Assembly (NCBI GenBank): GCA_050294405.1
Contig: JBNKOC010000012.1
Span: 192,001 to 256,000 of the forward strand
Length of the DNA stretch: 64,000 bases
Reading direction: 5' to 3'
Source: Fibrobacteria bacterium
Lineage (GTDB): Bacteria; Fibrobacterota; Fibrobacteria; UBA11236; JADFYW01
Within the stretch, counting starts at the first letter, position 1. Every line of letters begins with the position of its first letter. Position numbers and translations under genes: made by a program. Under the pieces are notes generated by a model. That model saw only the letters and a program-made list of their open reading frames with translations. It had not been told where the DNA came from and made no database searches. Positions 55,433-64,000 of this stretch are shown piece by piece.

Positions 55433-56470
55433 ATGACCACCCTTGTCCATCATGAAATCACGCCTCTTGAGCTCTACGAAAAGCTAAAGCATGTGCGTAT
55501 TGGGGGGGATGTATGTTATTACACAGAAGCGCGCTGCGCTGAAATCGCACCCCTAATTAATGAAATTAATGCCTTAAAGCAGGAAAAAAACGCTGTTATT
55601 TTGGCTCATTCCTATGTTTCTCCCGATATTATATTCGGAGTTGCGGATTACAGCGGCGACTCTTATGGTTTAAGCCTGGACGCCCAAAAAACCAAGGCTT
55701 CTACAATTGTTTTTAGCGCGGTAAAGTTTATGGGCGAAACAGCTAAGCTGCTAAACCCCGAAAAAGAAGTTTTGATACCCGCGGAATTAAACGGATGTTC
55801 CCTGGCAGATTCTATTAGCGGGCAGAAAGTGCGGGAACTCAAGGAAAAATACCCCAATCATGCCTTTATATGTTATATAAATACGACTGCCGATGTAAAA
55901 GCGGAGTGCGATGTATGTGTAACATCCTCCAATGTATACGATATCGTGGAGCGTTATCCCAATAAAGATATTGTGTTTTTACCTGATAAGTTAATGGGGT
56001 TAAACATAATCGAAGAGCTTAAACGCCGTGGGGTGGATAAAAATATTGTGATTTACGATGGAGTGTGTTATGTACACGAAACATACGACCCGGAAATGAT
56101 TGAATACCTGCGCCTGGAATACCCGGATTTGAAAGTATTGAGCCATCCCGAATGCAGCCCCGGAGTCCTTCACGAAAGCGATTATGTGGGCAGCACCAGC
56201 CAAATGCTAAAGTATGTGCAAAATTCTGAGGCTAAAAACTTTTTTATGTTAACAGAATGCGGGTTGACCAGCCGTTTACAGGTGGAAGCCAGGGATAAAA
56301 ACTTTGTGGGAAGTTGCACCCAATGCAAATACATGAAGGCAAATACCCTGGAAAATATTTTGAGTTGCCTGAAAAATCCCCAGCCCTATCAACAGATAAA
56401 AATCGAGAGCCAAATTCAGGACCGGGCCAGACAATGTATTGAGGCCATGTTTAAATGGGCAAAAGGATAA
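55433..56470 (+). CDS. nadA: Quinolinate synthase
   Basis: ILAHSY, GDS, FMGETAKLLNP, CSLAD, YINT, CYVH, HPEC, CKYMK. Confidence 0.95.
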   Translation: MTTLVHHEITPLELYEKLKHVRIGGDVCYYTEARCAEIAPLINEINALKQEKNAVILAHSYVSPDIIFGVADYSGDSYGLSLDAQKTKASTIVFSAVKFMGETAKLLNPEKEVLIPAELNGCSLADSISGQKVRELKEKYPNHAFICYINTTADVKAECDVCVTSSNVYDIVERYPNKDIVFLPDKLMGLNIIEELKRRGVDKNIVIYDGVCYVHETYDPEMIEYLRLEYPDLKVLSHPECSPGVLHESDYVGSTSQMLKYVQNSEAKNFFMLTECGLTSRLQVEARDKNFVGSCTQCKYMKANTLENILSCLKNPQPYQQIKIESQIQDRARQCIEAMFKWAKG

Positions 56471-56494
56471 ATCTTAAAATTATGGCGGTAAGCT

Positions 56495-57034
56495 TTGAGC
56501 GGATTTGAAAAAGTATCCAATAAAACCATCCTTTATTTAGACCTGGCGGTGTGCGGGGTCATAATATTGTTTTTAGTATGGTTGGTTTATTTTAAGGAGA
56601 GTGCCGGGGCGCCATCCAGTCTTGAATTTTTACCTGCGGTAAATGCCAGCTTAAATGCTTTTAGCGCTTTGTGTTTGACTCTGGGTTTTGTTTTTGTGAA
56701 AAACGGCCGTTTGTTTGCGCATAAGGTAATGATGAACAATGCGGTGGTGGCTTCTGGTTTGTTTTTTATCAGCTATGTCATATACCACAGCTTTCACGGG
56801 GATACCAAATTTATTGGCGAGGGTTTTTTACGCTTTAGCTATTTTTTCATTTTGATTTCCCATATAATACTTTCGGTTATAACTTTGCCCTTAATAATAT
56901 TTACTTATACCATGGGCGTATCCGGACGCCTGGAGCAGCACAGAAAAATTGCTAAAATTACCCTGCCCATTTGGCTCTATGTTTCCATTACCGGTGTGGT
57001 TATTTTCTTTTATTTGAAATATTTAAGCGGGTAA
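56495..57034 (+). CDS. DUF420 family membrane protein (oxidase-associated)
   Basis: LPAVNASLN, YVIYH, ILISHIIL, HRKIAK.T.PIWLYVSITGV. Confidence 0.88.
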   Translation: MSGFEKVSNKTILYLDLAVCGVIILFLVWLVYFKESAGAPSSLEFLPAVNASLNAFSALCLTLGFVFVKNGRLFAHKVMMNNAVVASGLFFISYVIYHSFHGDTKFIGEGFLRFSYFFILISHIILSVITLPLIIFTYTMGVSGRLEQHRKIAKITLPIWLYVSITGVVIFFYLKYLSG

Positions 57035-57061
57035 AAAAGCGCAGTTGGGATTCAAAACATT

Positions 57062-57928
57062 ATGAAAAAAATAAAAGGCATAATTGAACTTCTAAAACTC
57101 AGAATGACAGTTTTTATTCTGGTTTCAGTGAGTTTTGGATTTATCTACGGAAAACCCGAATCCGTTTCCTGGACACCTATGTGGTGGGCTCTATTGGGCT
57201 CGGCACTGCTGGCTTTTGCCTGTTTTGGAATCAATCAGCTTTTGGAAATCGACAGGGACGGTATGATGGTGCGCACCCAAAATCGTCCTCTGGTAAAAGG
57301 AGTTGTCCACAAAATCGAGGGCTGGATATTAAGCCTGGTATGTTGGGGGTTGGGGTTCTGGATTTTGTGGGATAAGGTTAACCTTCTGAGCGCCTGGATT
57401 GGCTTTTTTATTGTTTTTAGCTATTGCTTTTTATATACCCCCACTAAAAGGTGGACCACCCTTAATACTTTAATAGGGGCTATCCCTGGTTCCTTACCTC
57501 CAGTTTTGGGGTGGGCTGCGGCTCAGAATGGTATTGGAAAAGGGGCTGCCTTGCTTTTTTTGATTCTGTTTTTTTGGCAATTGCCACATTTTTTAGCCAT
57601 TGCCTGGCTTTATCGGGAAGATTACAGCAAAGGGAAGTTTGCCATGCTTTCGGTGGTGGATGATTCTGGAGAATCCTGTTTCCGACAGATTATTATACAG
57701 ACTACTTTTTTAATTTTTGTATCGTTGATGCCCATTGTATGGGGCTTGGCGGGATTTTTCTATTTGGGAATAGCCCTTTTGGCGGGCTCTTACTTTTTGT
57801 ACAAAGGTATTGTGCTATACAAAAACAAGTCCGCTCAATCGGCTCGTTCCTTGTTTTACTACTCTCTTTTATATCTCCCTTTTTTGCTATTATCTCTGGT
57901 TTTAGATTCCACCGTGGTTTATTTATAG
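57062..57928 (+). CDS. cyoE: Protoheme IX farnesyltransferase (heme o synthase)
   Basis: NQLLE...D..M.RT..RPL, LYTP.KR, GAIPGSLPP..GW, WQLPHF. Confidence 0.94.
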   Translation: MKKIKGIIELLKLRMTVFILVSVSFGFIYGKPESVSWTPMWWALLGSALLAFACFGINQLLEIDRDGMMVRTQNRPLVKGVVHKIEGWILSLVCWGLGFWILWDKVNLLSAWIGFFIVFSYCFLYTPTKRWTTLNTLIGAIPGSLPPVLGWAAAQNGIGKGAALLFLILFFWQLPHFLAIAWLYREDYSKGKFAMLSVVDDSGESCFRQIIIQTTFLIFVSLMPIVWGLAGFFYLGIALLAGSYFLYKGIVLYKNKSAQSARSLFYYSLLYLPFLLLSLVLDSTVVYL

Positions 57929-58020
57929 AAACCAGTTGGGGATAATTTTTTTCTCGCTGCAAAACTTTTCTTTTTTTTTTATTCTGGCCAATTTTTCATT
58001 GAAAAAAAGCCTAGCAGATA

Positions 58021-58049
58021 TTGCAAGGCCCAGGAACATTATCTATGAT
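58021..58049 (+). promoter_or_regulatory. Sigma70-type promoter of the act operon
   Basis: TTGCAA-N17-TATGAT. Confidence 0.55.
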
Positions 58050-58139
58050 TTGTGGCATTCAATTTTCTGAAGTTGAATTGGTTTTTCTTTATTTTAATTA
58101 ACATTCAACATTGTAGAATCCTCTGAAAGGAATTATTAG

Positions 58140-58790
58140 GTGATTTTTCCCCGTTGGACTAACTTAATTCCCTATGTATTACCAGTTGTATTGTTAGGTG
58201 GGGGTATCTCCACAGTCTTTGTTTTTTGGTACTGGTTTTCAGATAAACACTTGGTAGTGGGCTACCAGCCCGAGCAACCCATTAAATACAGCCACAAATT
58301 ACACGTCAATGATTTGGGAATTGACTGTCGTTATTGCCACTACAATGTTGAAAAATCTCCTGTGGCAGGGGTTCCTCCCACACAGGTTTGTATGAACTGT
58401 CATACAAAAATAAAAACGGACTCTCCCGAAATTCAAAAACTCACAAAGTATCACGAAGACAATGTTCCCGTGCCCTGGGTCCGGGTTCACGACTCACCTG
58501 ATTATGTATATTTCGACCACAGTGCCCACGTCAATAAAGGTGTGAGCTGTAAAGAATGTCATGGTCGTGTGGATCAAATGGAAGAAGTGTATCACGCAGA
58601 GCCATTGGAAATGTCCTGGTGTCTGGATTGTCACAAAGATCCGGCCCCCCGTTTAAGAGACAGGAGTCTGGTTACCGATTTAAGTTGGTCTCCTGATTCC
58701 ATTGGGATGGATGCCAGAGAATACGGCTCTCAGTTTATGGAAAAGTATCAGGTTAAAACAAGATTGGATTGTTCGACATGTCACAGGTAA
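58140..58790 (+). CDS. actA: Alternative complex III pentaheme cytochrome c ActA
   Basis: Five CxxCH motifs, QPIKYSHKLH, DYVYFDHSAH, N-terminal TM. Confidence 0.92.
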   Translation: MIFPRWTNLIPYVLPVVLLGGGISTVFVFWYWFSDKHLVVGYQPEQPIKYSHKLHVNDLGIDCRYCHYNVEKSPVAGVPPTQVCMNCHTKIKTDSPEIQKLTKYHEDNVPVPWVRVHDSPDYVYFDHSAHVNKGVSCKECHGRVDQMEEVYHAEPLEMSWCLDCHKDPAPRLRDRSLVTDLSWSPDSIGMDAREYGSQFMEKYQVKTRLDCSTCHR

Positions 58791-61700
58791 CCCCTAATAA
58801 TCCTGAAAGCAGGAAAAGAGGTGATGGCGGAATTGTAGGCGCCATGTCCGGTTCCAAAAAGTTTTGGAAAAGCATGGATGAGTTTGCCGACTCTTCATCT
58901 TATCGTGAATATGTAGAAAGGGAATTTCCCGAATCGGCTTCAGAGTTACTGGATCCTGTATCCCGCCGTTCCTTTTTGGGAATTATGGCCTCTTCCATGG
59001 CTTTGGCTGGAGTTACCGGTTGTAATTTAATCCGTCGCCCCGAACAAAAAATTCTTCCTTACAACAATCAGCCCGAAGAAATTATCCCTGGAAGACCTTT
59101 ATATTTTGCCACTACCATGGCTATAGGTGAAGAAGTTACCGGACTTGTTATAGAAAGTCACGAAGGACGTCCCACCAAAGTGGAGGGAAACCCAAATCAC
59201 CCAGGCAGTATGGGTGCTGCTTCAAAGTTTAATCAGGCTTCTATTTTAGAATTGTATAACCCCGACCGTGCCAAGTCCGTTTCTCAAAATGGCAAGGACT
59301 CCAATTGGGAAAGCCTATGGAGCGAATTGGGAAACAATCTTTCCGGTGATGGTTCTGGAGTGCGTGTTTTGTCTGAATACATTACTTCACCTTCAGTAGC
59401 TCAATTCAGGCAAAAATTTTTAGAAAAATACCCCAATGCCCGTTGGCACAGTTACGAATCAGTAAATAGCGACAACGAAAAAGCGGGCTTAAAAGCAGCT
59501 ACCGGTCTTTCACTTTCCACCTTATTGCAATTGGATAAGGCCATGAGGGTTCTATCTATCGATTGCGACTTTTTAGGCACAGAGCTCAATCAGATTCCCA
59601 ATACGAAAAATTGGGTAAAATTACGGGACCCCGATAAGGGTTCTATGAGCCGACTTTACATGGCTGAGTCCTTGTACTCTGTAACGGGTTCCCGAGCGGA
59701 TCACCGTTTAAAATTAAAACCCACTGACTTAGGTAAGTTTTTATGGTTGGTTGCCGATGAACTTTTCAACCATCACAATCTTGCCCTGCCTGCTGGATTA
59801 GGTCCTGAATTTAAATCACTGTGCAATTCTGGTGCAGGTTTGGCCAAAGGAATTCATCAGGACAAATGGGTTAAAACGGTTGCCGCTGACCTATTAAAAT
59901 CAGGGGGTAGCAGTCTGGTATGTGTTGGCAAAAGCCAAGAACCCGGAATTCACGCCCTGGCCTTCGCCATTAACATGGCATTGGGTGCAGTTGGTCGCAC
60001 GGTTCAATACAAAAAATCTCAGATTTCAGACTTTAATGAGGTTCCCTTAAATAGCGTTGGGAGTCTACGCGAATTGACATTCGCCATGTCTCAAAATAAA
60101 GTAAACAGCTTAATCATTATCGGAGGAAACCCAGCGTATTCGGCTCCTTCTGATATTCCATTTGCAAAAGAATTGCCTAAGGTTAAAAACAGTTTTCATT
60201 TTACCTTAGAGGCCAATGAAACATCGGCCTTAGCCCATTGGGTGGCTCCTCGTTCTCATTTTCTGGAATCCTGGGGAGATGCCGCCGCTATTGATGGAAG
60301 CCTAAGCATAGCCCAGCCTTTAATCCAACCTTTATACGACACTAAATCCACTGTGGAATTTGTAGCAGGTCTTGCGGGAGAAACTTCCAAAAACAGCTAT
60401 GAACTTGTTCAGGGTTACTGGTTGGAACGTACAGCTACAGAGTCTTTTAGCGGATATTGGAATAAATGGATTCACGATGGTTTAATCGCCAATACTCAGG
60501 CTCCCAATGTAGCTGCTCCCATCGAAACAGCCGGTTTATCTTCCAGCCTGCAAAAAAATCTTGAATCTATTCGCAAATTAAAAATAGGCGAGTTAGAACT
60601 GGTTTTCGCAGAGCACCCTTGTTTGTTTGATGGGCGTTATGCAAATAACCCCTGGCTTCAGGAGTTGCCCGATCCCATGTCCAGACTGACTTGGGATAAC
60701 GCCGCTATAATGAGTGTAAAAACTGCTGAAAAATATGGATTAAAAAACAGTATTTTATTGGAAGAGCTTACCGGTACTCCGCTTGGCAAGTACAATATGC
60801 CTTTGGTGGAAATCTCTCACCGAAATCAAAAATTAGTGCTCCCCGCTTATGTTTTACCCGGACTTGCTGACGACACTGTATACATATCTTTGGGGTATGG
60901 CAGAACTCAGGCAGGTAAAGTGGGAACCGGAACCGGATTTAATGCTGCTTTACTCCAAACCGGCCACGATTATTACATGGCTTCCAGCGCCAGTTTGCGC
61001 AAAACAGGTGGCACTTATGCCCTAGCTTCAGTTCAGGAACACTGGAGCATGGAAGGCCGTGATTTGGTAAGAGTGGAGACCAATACGGATTCACATAACG
61101 AACATCATGGTCACGGCGCCTATCCCAGCTTGTTTAAGGAACACGACTACTCCGAAGGCATGCAATGGGGTATGGTTATTGACCTTAACAAATGCACAGG
61201 ATGCGGTAACTGCGTTACTGCCTGTCAGGCTGAAAATAATATTCCCATTGTTGGCAAATCAAATGTACTCAATAACAGGGAAATGCACTGGATTAGAATC
61301 GACAGATATTTTGAAGGAGATATGGACAATCCTTCGGTGGTGCACCAGGGAGTTGCTTGCCAGCAATGCGAAATGGCCCCATGCGAAACCGTATGTCCAG
61401 TTGCTGCAACGGTACACTCTTCCGAAGGCCTTAATGATATGGCCTATAACCGTTGTATCGGAACCCGCTATTGCTCTAACAACTGTCCTTATAAAGTGCG
61501 TCGCTTTAACTTTTTTAATTACACAAATGAGTATACCGAAACAGAAAAAATGGGACAAAACCCCGATGTTTCCGTTCGTTTCCGCGGTGTAATGGAAAAG
61601 TGCAGTTATTGCGTCCAGAGGATTAATGAACAACGCATTGTTCATAAAAATAAGGGTGAAGAAGTCATAGCCGATGGCGCAGTGGTTCCGGCTTGTCAGC

Positions 61701-61897
61701 AAACTTGCCCTGCTGATGCAATTGTGTTTGGCAACATCAACGACAAAAAGAGCAAAGTTGCTGAGTTAAAGCACAATCACAGAAATTACGACCTTCTGGC
61801 CGAAACAAATTCACGGCCCAGAACTTCTTATTTGTCCAGAGTGGTTAACCCTAACCCTGCTCTGGCAAGCGAAACATCTCACGGAGGCCATAGTTAA
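58778..61897 (+). CDS. actB: Alternative complex III ActB (molybdopterin-oxidoreductase-like plus Fe-S)
   Basis: FWKS, Tat motif [53 protein letters not shown]; alternative start 58844. Confidence 0.93.
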   Translation: MSQVTPNNPESRKRGDGGIVGAMSGSKKFWKSMDEFADSSSYREYVEREFPESASELLDPVSRRSFLGIMASSMALAGVTGCNLIRRPEQKILPYNNQPEEIIPGRPLYFATTMAIGEEVTGLVIESHEGRPTKVEGNPNHPGSMGAASKFNQASILELYNPDRAKSVSQNGKDSNWESLWSELGNNLSGDGSGVRVLSEYITSPSVAQFRQKFLEKYPNARWHSYESVNSDNEKAGLKAATGLSLSTLLQLDKAMRVLSIDCDFLGTELNQIPNTKNWVKLRDPDKGSMSRLYMAESLYSVTGSRADHRLKLKPTDLGKFLWLVADELFNHHNLALPAGLGPEFKSLCNSGAGLAKGIHQDKWVKTVAADLLKSGGSSLVCVGKSQEPGIHALAFAINMALGAVGRTVQYKKSQISDFNEVPLNSVGSLRELTFAMSQNKVNSLIIIGGNPAYSAPSDIPFAKELPKVKNSFHFTLEANETSALAHWVAPRSHFLESWGDAAAIDGSLSIAQPLIQPLYDTKSTVEFVAGLAGETSKNSYELVQGYWLERTATESFSGYWNKWIHDGLIANTQAPNVAAPIETAGLSSSLQKNLESIRKLKIGELELVFAEHPCLFDGRYANNPWLQELPDPMSRLTWDNAAIMSVKTAEKYGLKNSILLEELTGTPLGKYNMPLVEISHRNQKLVLPAYVLPGLADDTVYISLGYGRTQAGKVGTGTGFNAALLQTGHDYYMASSASLRKTGGTYALASVQEHWSMEGRDLVRVETNTDSHNEHHGHGAYPSLFKEHDYSEGMQWGMVIDLNKCTGCGNCVTACQAENNIPIVGKSNVLNNREMHWIRIDRYFEGDMDNPSVVHQGVACQQCEMAPCETVCPVAATVHSSEGLNDMAYNRCIGTRYCSNNCPYKVRRFNFFNYTNEYTETEKMGQNPDVSVRFRGVMEKCSYCVQRINEQRIVHKNKGEEVIADGAVVPACQQTCPADAIVFGNINDKKSKVAELKHNHRNYDLLAETNSRPRTSYLSRVVNPNPALASETSHGGHS

Positions 61898-61902
61898 ACG
61901 AA

Positions 61903-63297
61903 ATGTCAGTATCATTGCAAGAAGATCCAGCGGTTAGAGCCAGACTCGTAGAGGGCGGAAAGTCTTTTGCTGATGTAACGGCAATTGTTGCAAGGCCTGC
62001 AGAAGTTCCTGTTATTAAAACACCTTCTTGGTGGATAATCGCGTTTTTAGGGGCCTTATCCGGTCTAGTATTATTAAAAACAATGATCGGCTACCTCCTT
62101 TGGGAAGGTACCGGTGTTTGGGGCCTTAATATACCCAATGGTTGGGGATGGGCTATTGTAAACTTTGTTTGGTGGATTGGTATCGGCCACGCCGGTACCT
62201 TGATTTCTGCTATTTTATTTTTGTTTCGACAAAAATGGCGAACAGGTATCAACCGTTTTGCAGAAGCTATGACGGTTTTTGCAGTGGTGTGCGCCATGAT
62301 CTTTCCAGGTATCCACGTCGGTCGTATGTGGGTAGCTTATTATATGTTTCCCCTTCCTAATCAAATGGGAATGTGGCCCAACTTTCGCAGTCCTCTGCTT
62401 TGGGACGTTGTAGCTGTTAGCACCTATGGAACTGTTTCAGTCCTATTTTGGTATATGGGTTTAATTCCCGATTTGGCGACTCTTCGTGACCGGGCCACCA
62501 ATAAAGCGCGTCAGGTATTATATGGTATTTTTGCTTTGGGTTGGCGCGGAGCCAATCGTCACTGGCGTCATTACGAAAGAGCTTATTTGATTTTAGCGGC
62601 CATTGCCACGCCTCTGGTTTTGTCAGTACACAGCATAGTAAGTTTTGACTTTGCCGTTTCTATTTTACCCGGTTGGCACACCACCATATTTCCTCCCTAT
62701 TTTGTCGCTGGTGCGGTGTTTTCAGGTTTTGCTTTGGTATCCACCCTTATGATTATAGCCCGACAAATTTACGGCTTTAAACAACTGGTAACCATGCGCC
62801 ATCTGGAAAACATGAATAAAATCATGCTGGTAACCGGAACTTTGGTGGGATACGCCTATGGCATGGAAATGTTTATTGCCTATTACAGCGGCTCTGCCTA
62901 CGAAAAATTTGCTTTCTGGAACCGTGCTTTTGGGCCTTACGGTTGGGCGTACTGGATTATGGTTTCCTGCAACGTAATCAGCCCTCAGTTGTTCTGGTTT
63001 AAAAAAATCCGGACCTCCATTCCCTTTACTTTTATTATTACCATATTCATAAACATAGGCATGTGGTTTGAACGTTTTGTTATTACCATTACCCTCCATG
63101 CTGACTTTTTACCTTCCAGTTGGGGTTACTATTCACCAACCTACGTGGATATACTTACCTATGTGGGTAGCTTTGGTCTGTTTTTCACTCTGTTTTTATT
63201 GTTTTTGAGATTTTTGCCTCAGGTCGCTGTTTCAGAAGTTAAAGGTGTTATGCCCGAGGCAAACCCTCACCATTATATGAAAGGGGAGCACCACTAA
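61903..63297 (+). CDS. actC: Alternative complex III ActC (NrfD family)
   Basis: [51 protein letters not shown]. Confidence 0.95.
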   Translation: MSVSLQEDPAVRARLVEGGKSFADVTAIVARPAEVPVIKTPSWWIIAFLGALSGLVLLKTMIGYLLWEGTGVWGLNIPNGWGWAIVNFVWWIGIGHAGTLISAILFLFRQKWRTGINRFAEAMTVFAVVCAMIFPGIHVGRMWVAYYMFPLPNQMGMWPNFRSPLLWDVVAVSTYGTVSVLFWYMGLIPDLATLRDRATNKARQVLYGIFALGWRGANRHWRHYERAYLILAAIATPLVLSVHSIVSFDFAVSILPGWHTTIFPPYFVAGAVFSGFALVSTLMIIARQIYGFKQLVTMRHLENMNKIMLVTGTLVGYAYGMEMFIAYYSGSAYEKFAFWNRAFGPYGWAYWIMVSCNVISPQLFWFKKIRTSIPFTFIITIFINIGMWFERFVITITLHADFLPSSWGYYSPTYVDILTYVGSFGLFFTLFLLFLRFLPQVAVSEVKGVMPEANPHHYMKGEHH

Positions 63298-63298
63298 T

Positions 63299-63844
63299 AT
63301 GTCTGATTCAAATCAGCCAAAATTATTTGGGGTACTCGCAGAATTTGCAAATCCCCACGATTTGTTAAAGGCAGCGGAAAAAATAAGGGATAAAGGGTTT
63401 CGTTTTTGGGATACCCATACTCCTTTTCCTGTGCATGGTATGGATAAGGCTATGGGTTTGGGAGATTCAAAACTCGGTATTTTGGTTTTTGTTTGCGCCC
63501 TTTTCGGTGTATCTGGCGCTTTCGCTTTGCAGTGGTGGGCGAGTTCAGTTATCTATCCCATCGTAATTTCCGGCAAGCCTTTTAACAGCTATCCCGCTTA
63601 TGTTCCTATAACATTTGAAGGCGGCATTTTATTTTCTGCTTTTGCGGCTATTTTTGGAATGCTTGCCATAAATAAATTGCCCCAGTATTATCACAGCCTG
63701 TTTAGAAGCAAGAACTTTTTAAGATTTAGCGACGATGGATTTTTTGTAAGTATCGAAGCCAAGGACCCCCAATTTGATGCAAGCTCCACAAAGGCATTTC
63801 TGGAAGAAATTGGCGGCAAAAATATTGAGTTGATAGAGGATTAA
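63299..63844 (+). CDS. actD: Alternative complex III ActD (DUF3341)
   Basis: HTPFPVHGMD.AMG, ISGKP, PITFE. Confidence 0.92.
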   Translation: MSDSNQPKLFGVLAEFANPHDLLKAAEKIRDKGFRFWDTHTPFPVHGMDKAMGLGDSKLGILVFVCALFGVSGAFALQWWASSVIYPIVISGKPFNSYPAYVPITFEGGILFSAFAAIFGMLAINKLPQYYHSLFRSKNFLRFSDDGFFVSIEAKDPQFDASSTKAFLEEIGGKNIELIED

Positions 63845-63847
63845 GGC

Positions 63848-64000
63848 ATGGCTAACAGATTAACACTGATTATTTGCTCCTTAGCGATTTCCTTTTTGCT
63901 GGGCTGCCGTGGTCAATCTTCCAAGAAACCCCCTATCCATTTGAACCCCAATATGGACAGGCAAGAAAAATTTAAACCCTATGATGACAACTCTTTTTAT
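63848..64000 (+). CDS. actE: Alternative complex III ActE lipoprotein cytochrome c, N-terminal part (truncated by the window)
   Basis: MANRLTLIICSLAISFLLGCRGQSSKKPPIHLNPNMDRQEKFKP; follows actD. Confidence 0.8.
   Translation, partial: MANRLTLIICSLAISFLLGCRGQSSKKPPIHLNPNMDRQEKFKPYDDNSFY

Noticed and set aside
58054..58069. Possible sigma54 promoter TGGCATTCAATTTTCT
   Set aside because: The -12 element lacks the invariant GC; a good sigma70-type promoter lies just upstream
744..63099. Numerous 60-160-aa ORFs nested in or antisense to the long genes
   Set aside because: Shadow frames of well-supported CDSs with no independent evidence

Overview
Bacterial chromosomal window, most likely from an aerobic Fibrobacterota lineage. 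This is inferred from a TIGR02147 gene coupled to a lipoprotein, FCB-type DUF4159/DUF4175 and lptC-lptA-lptB-rpoN-hpf-hprK synteny, and alternative complex III. It opens with the end of a proteobacterial-type T6SS cluster (tssF-tssG-tssH-vgrG). A short accessory stretch follows (GH43 arabinanase, CDF transporter, PQQ-type sugar dehydrogenase, SGNH-TPR protein, TIGR02147/DUF2341-LamG lipoprotein pair). The rest is mostly housekeeping: mutM, metX-metW fusion, bioB, hisHF, tldD/pmbA, lpt, rpoN, PTS, mla, glnD, argS, panD, tRNA-Leu, lapAB, miaB, nadA, cyoE and actABCDE. The most interesting unexplained signals are non-coding: (1) a 109-bp MITE-like element with terminal inverted repeats, whose second copy is expanded into a three-module degenerate array, both copies sitting in 3' UTRs against terminators; (2) a three-hairpin sRNA candidate at 15947-16083; (3) a long, alternatively foldable leader between rpoN and hpf. 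In addition, hprK has no canonical start codon. All calls come from reading the sequence; no searches were run.
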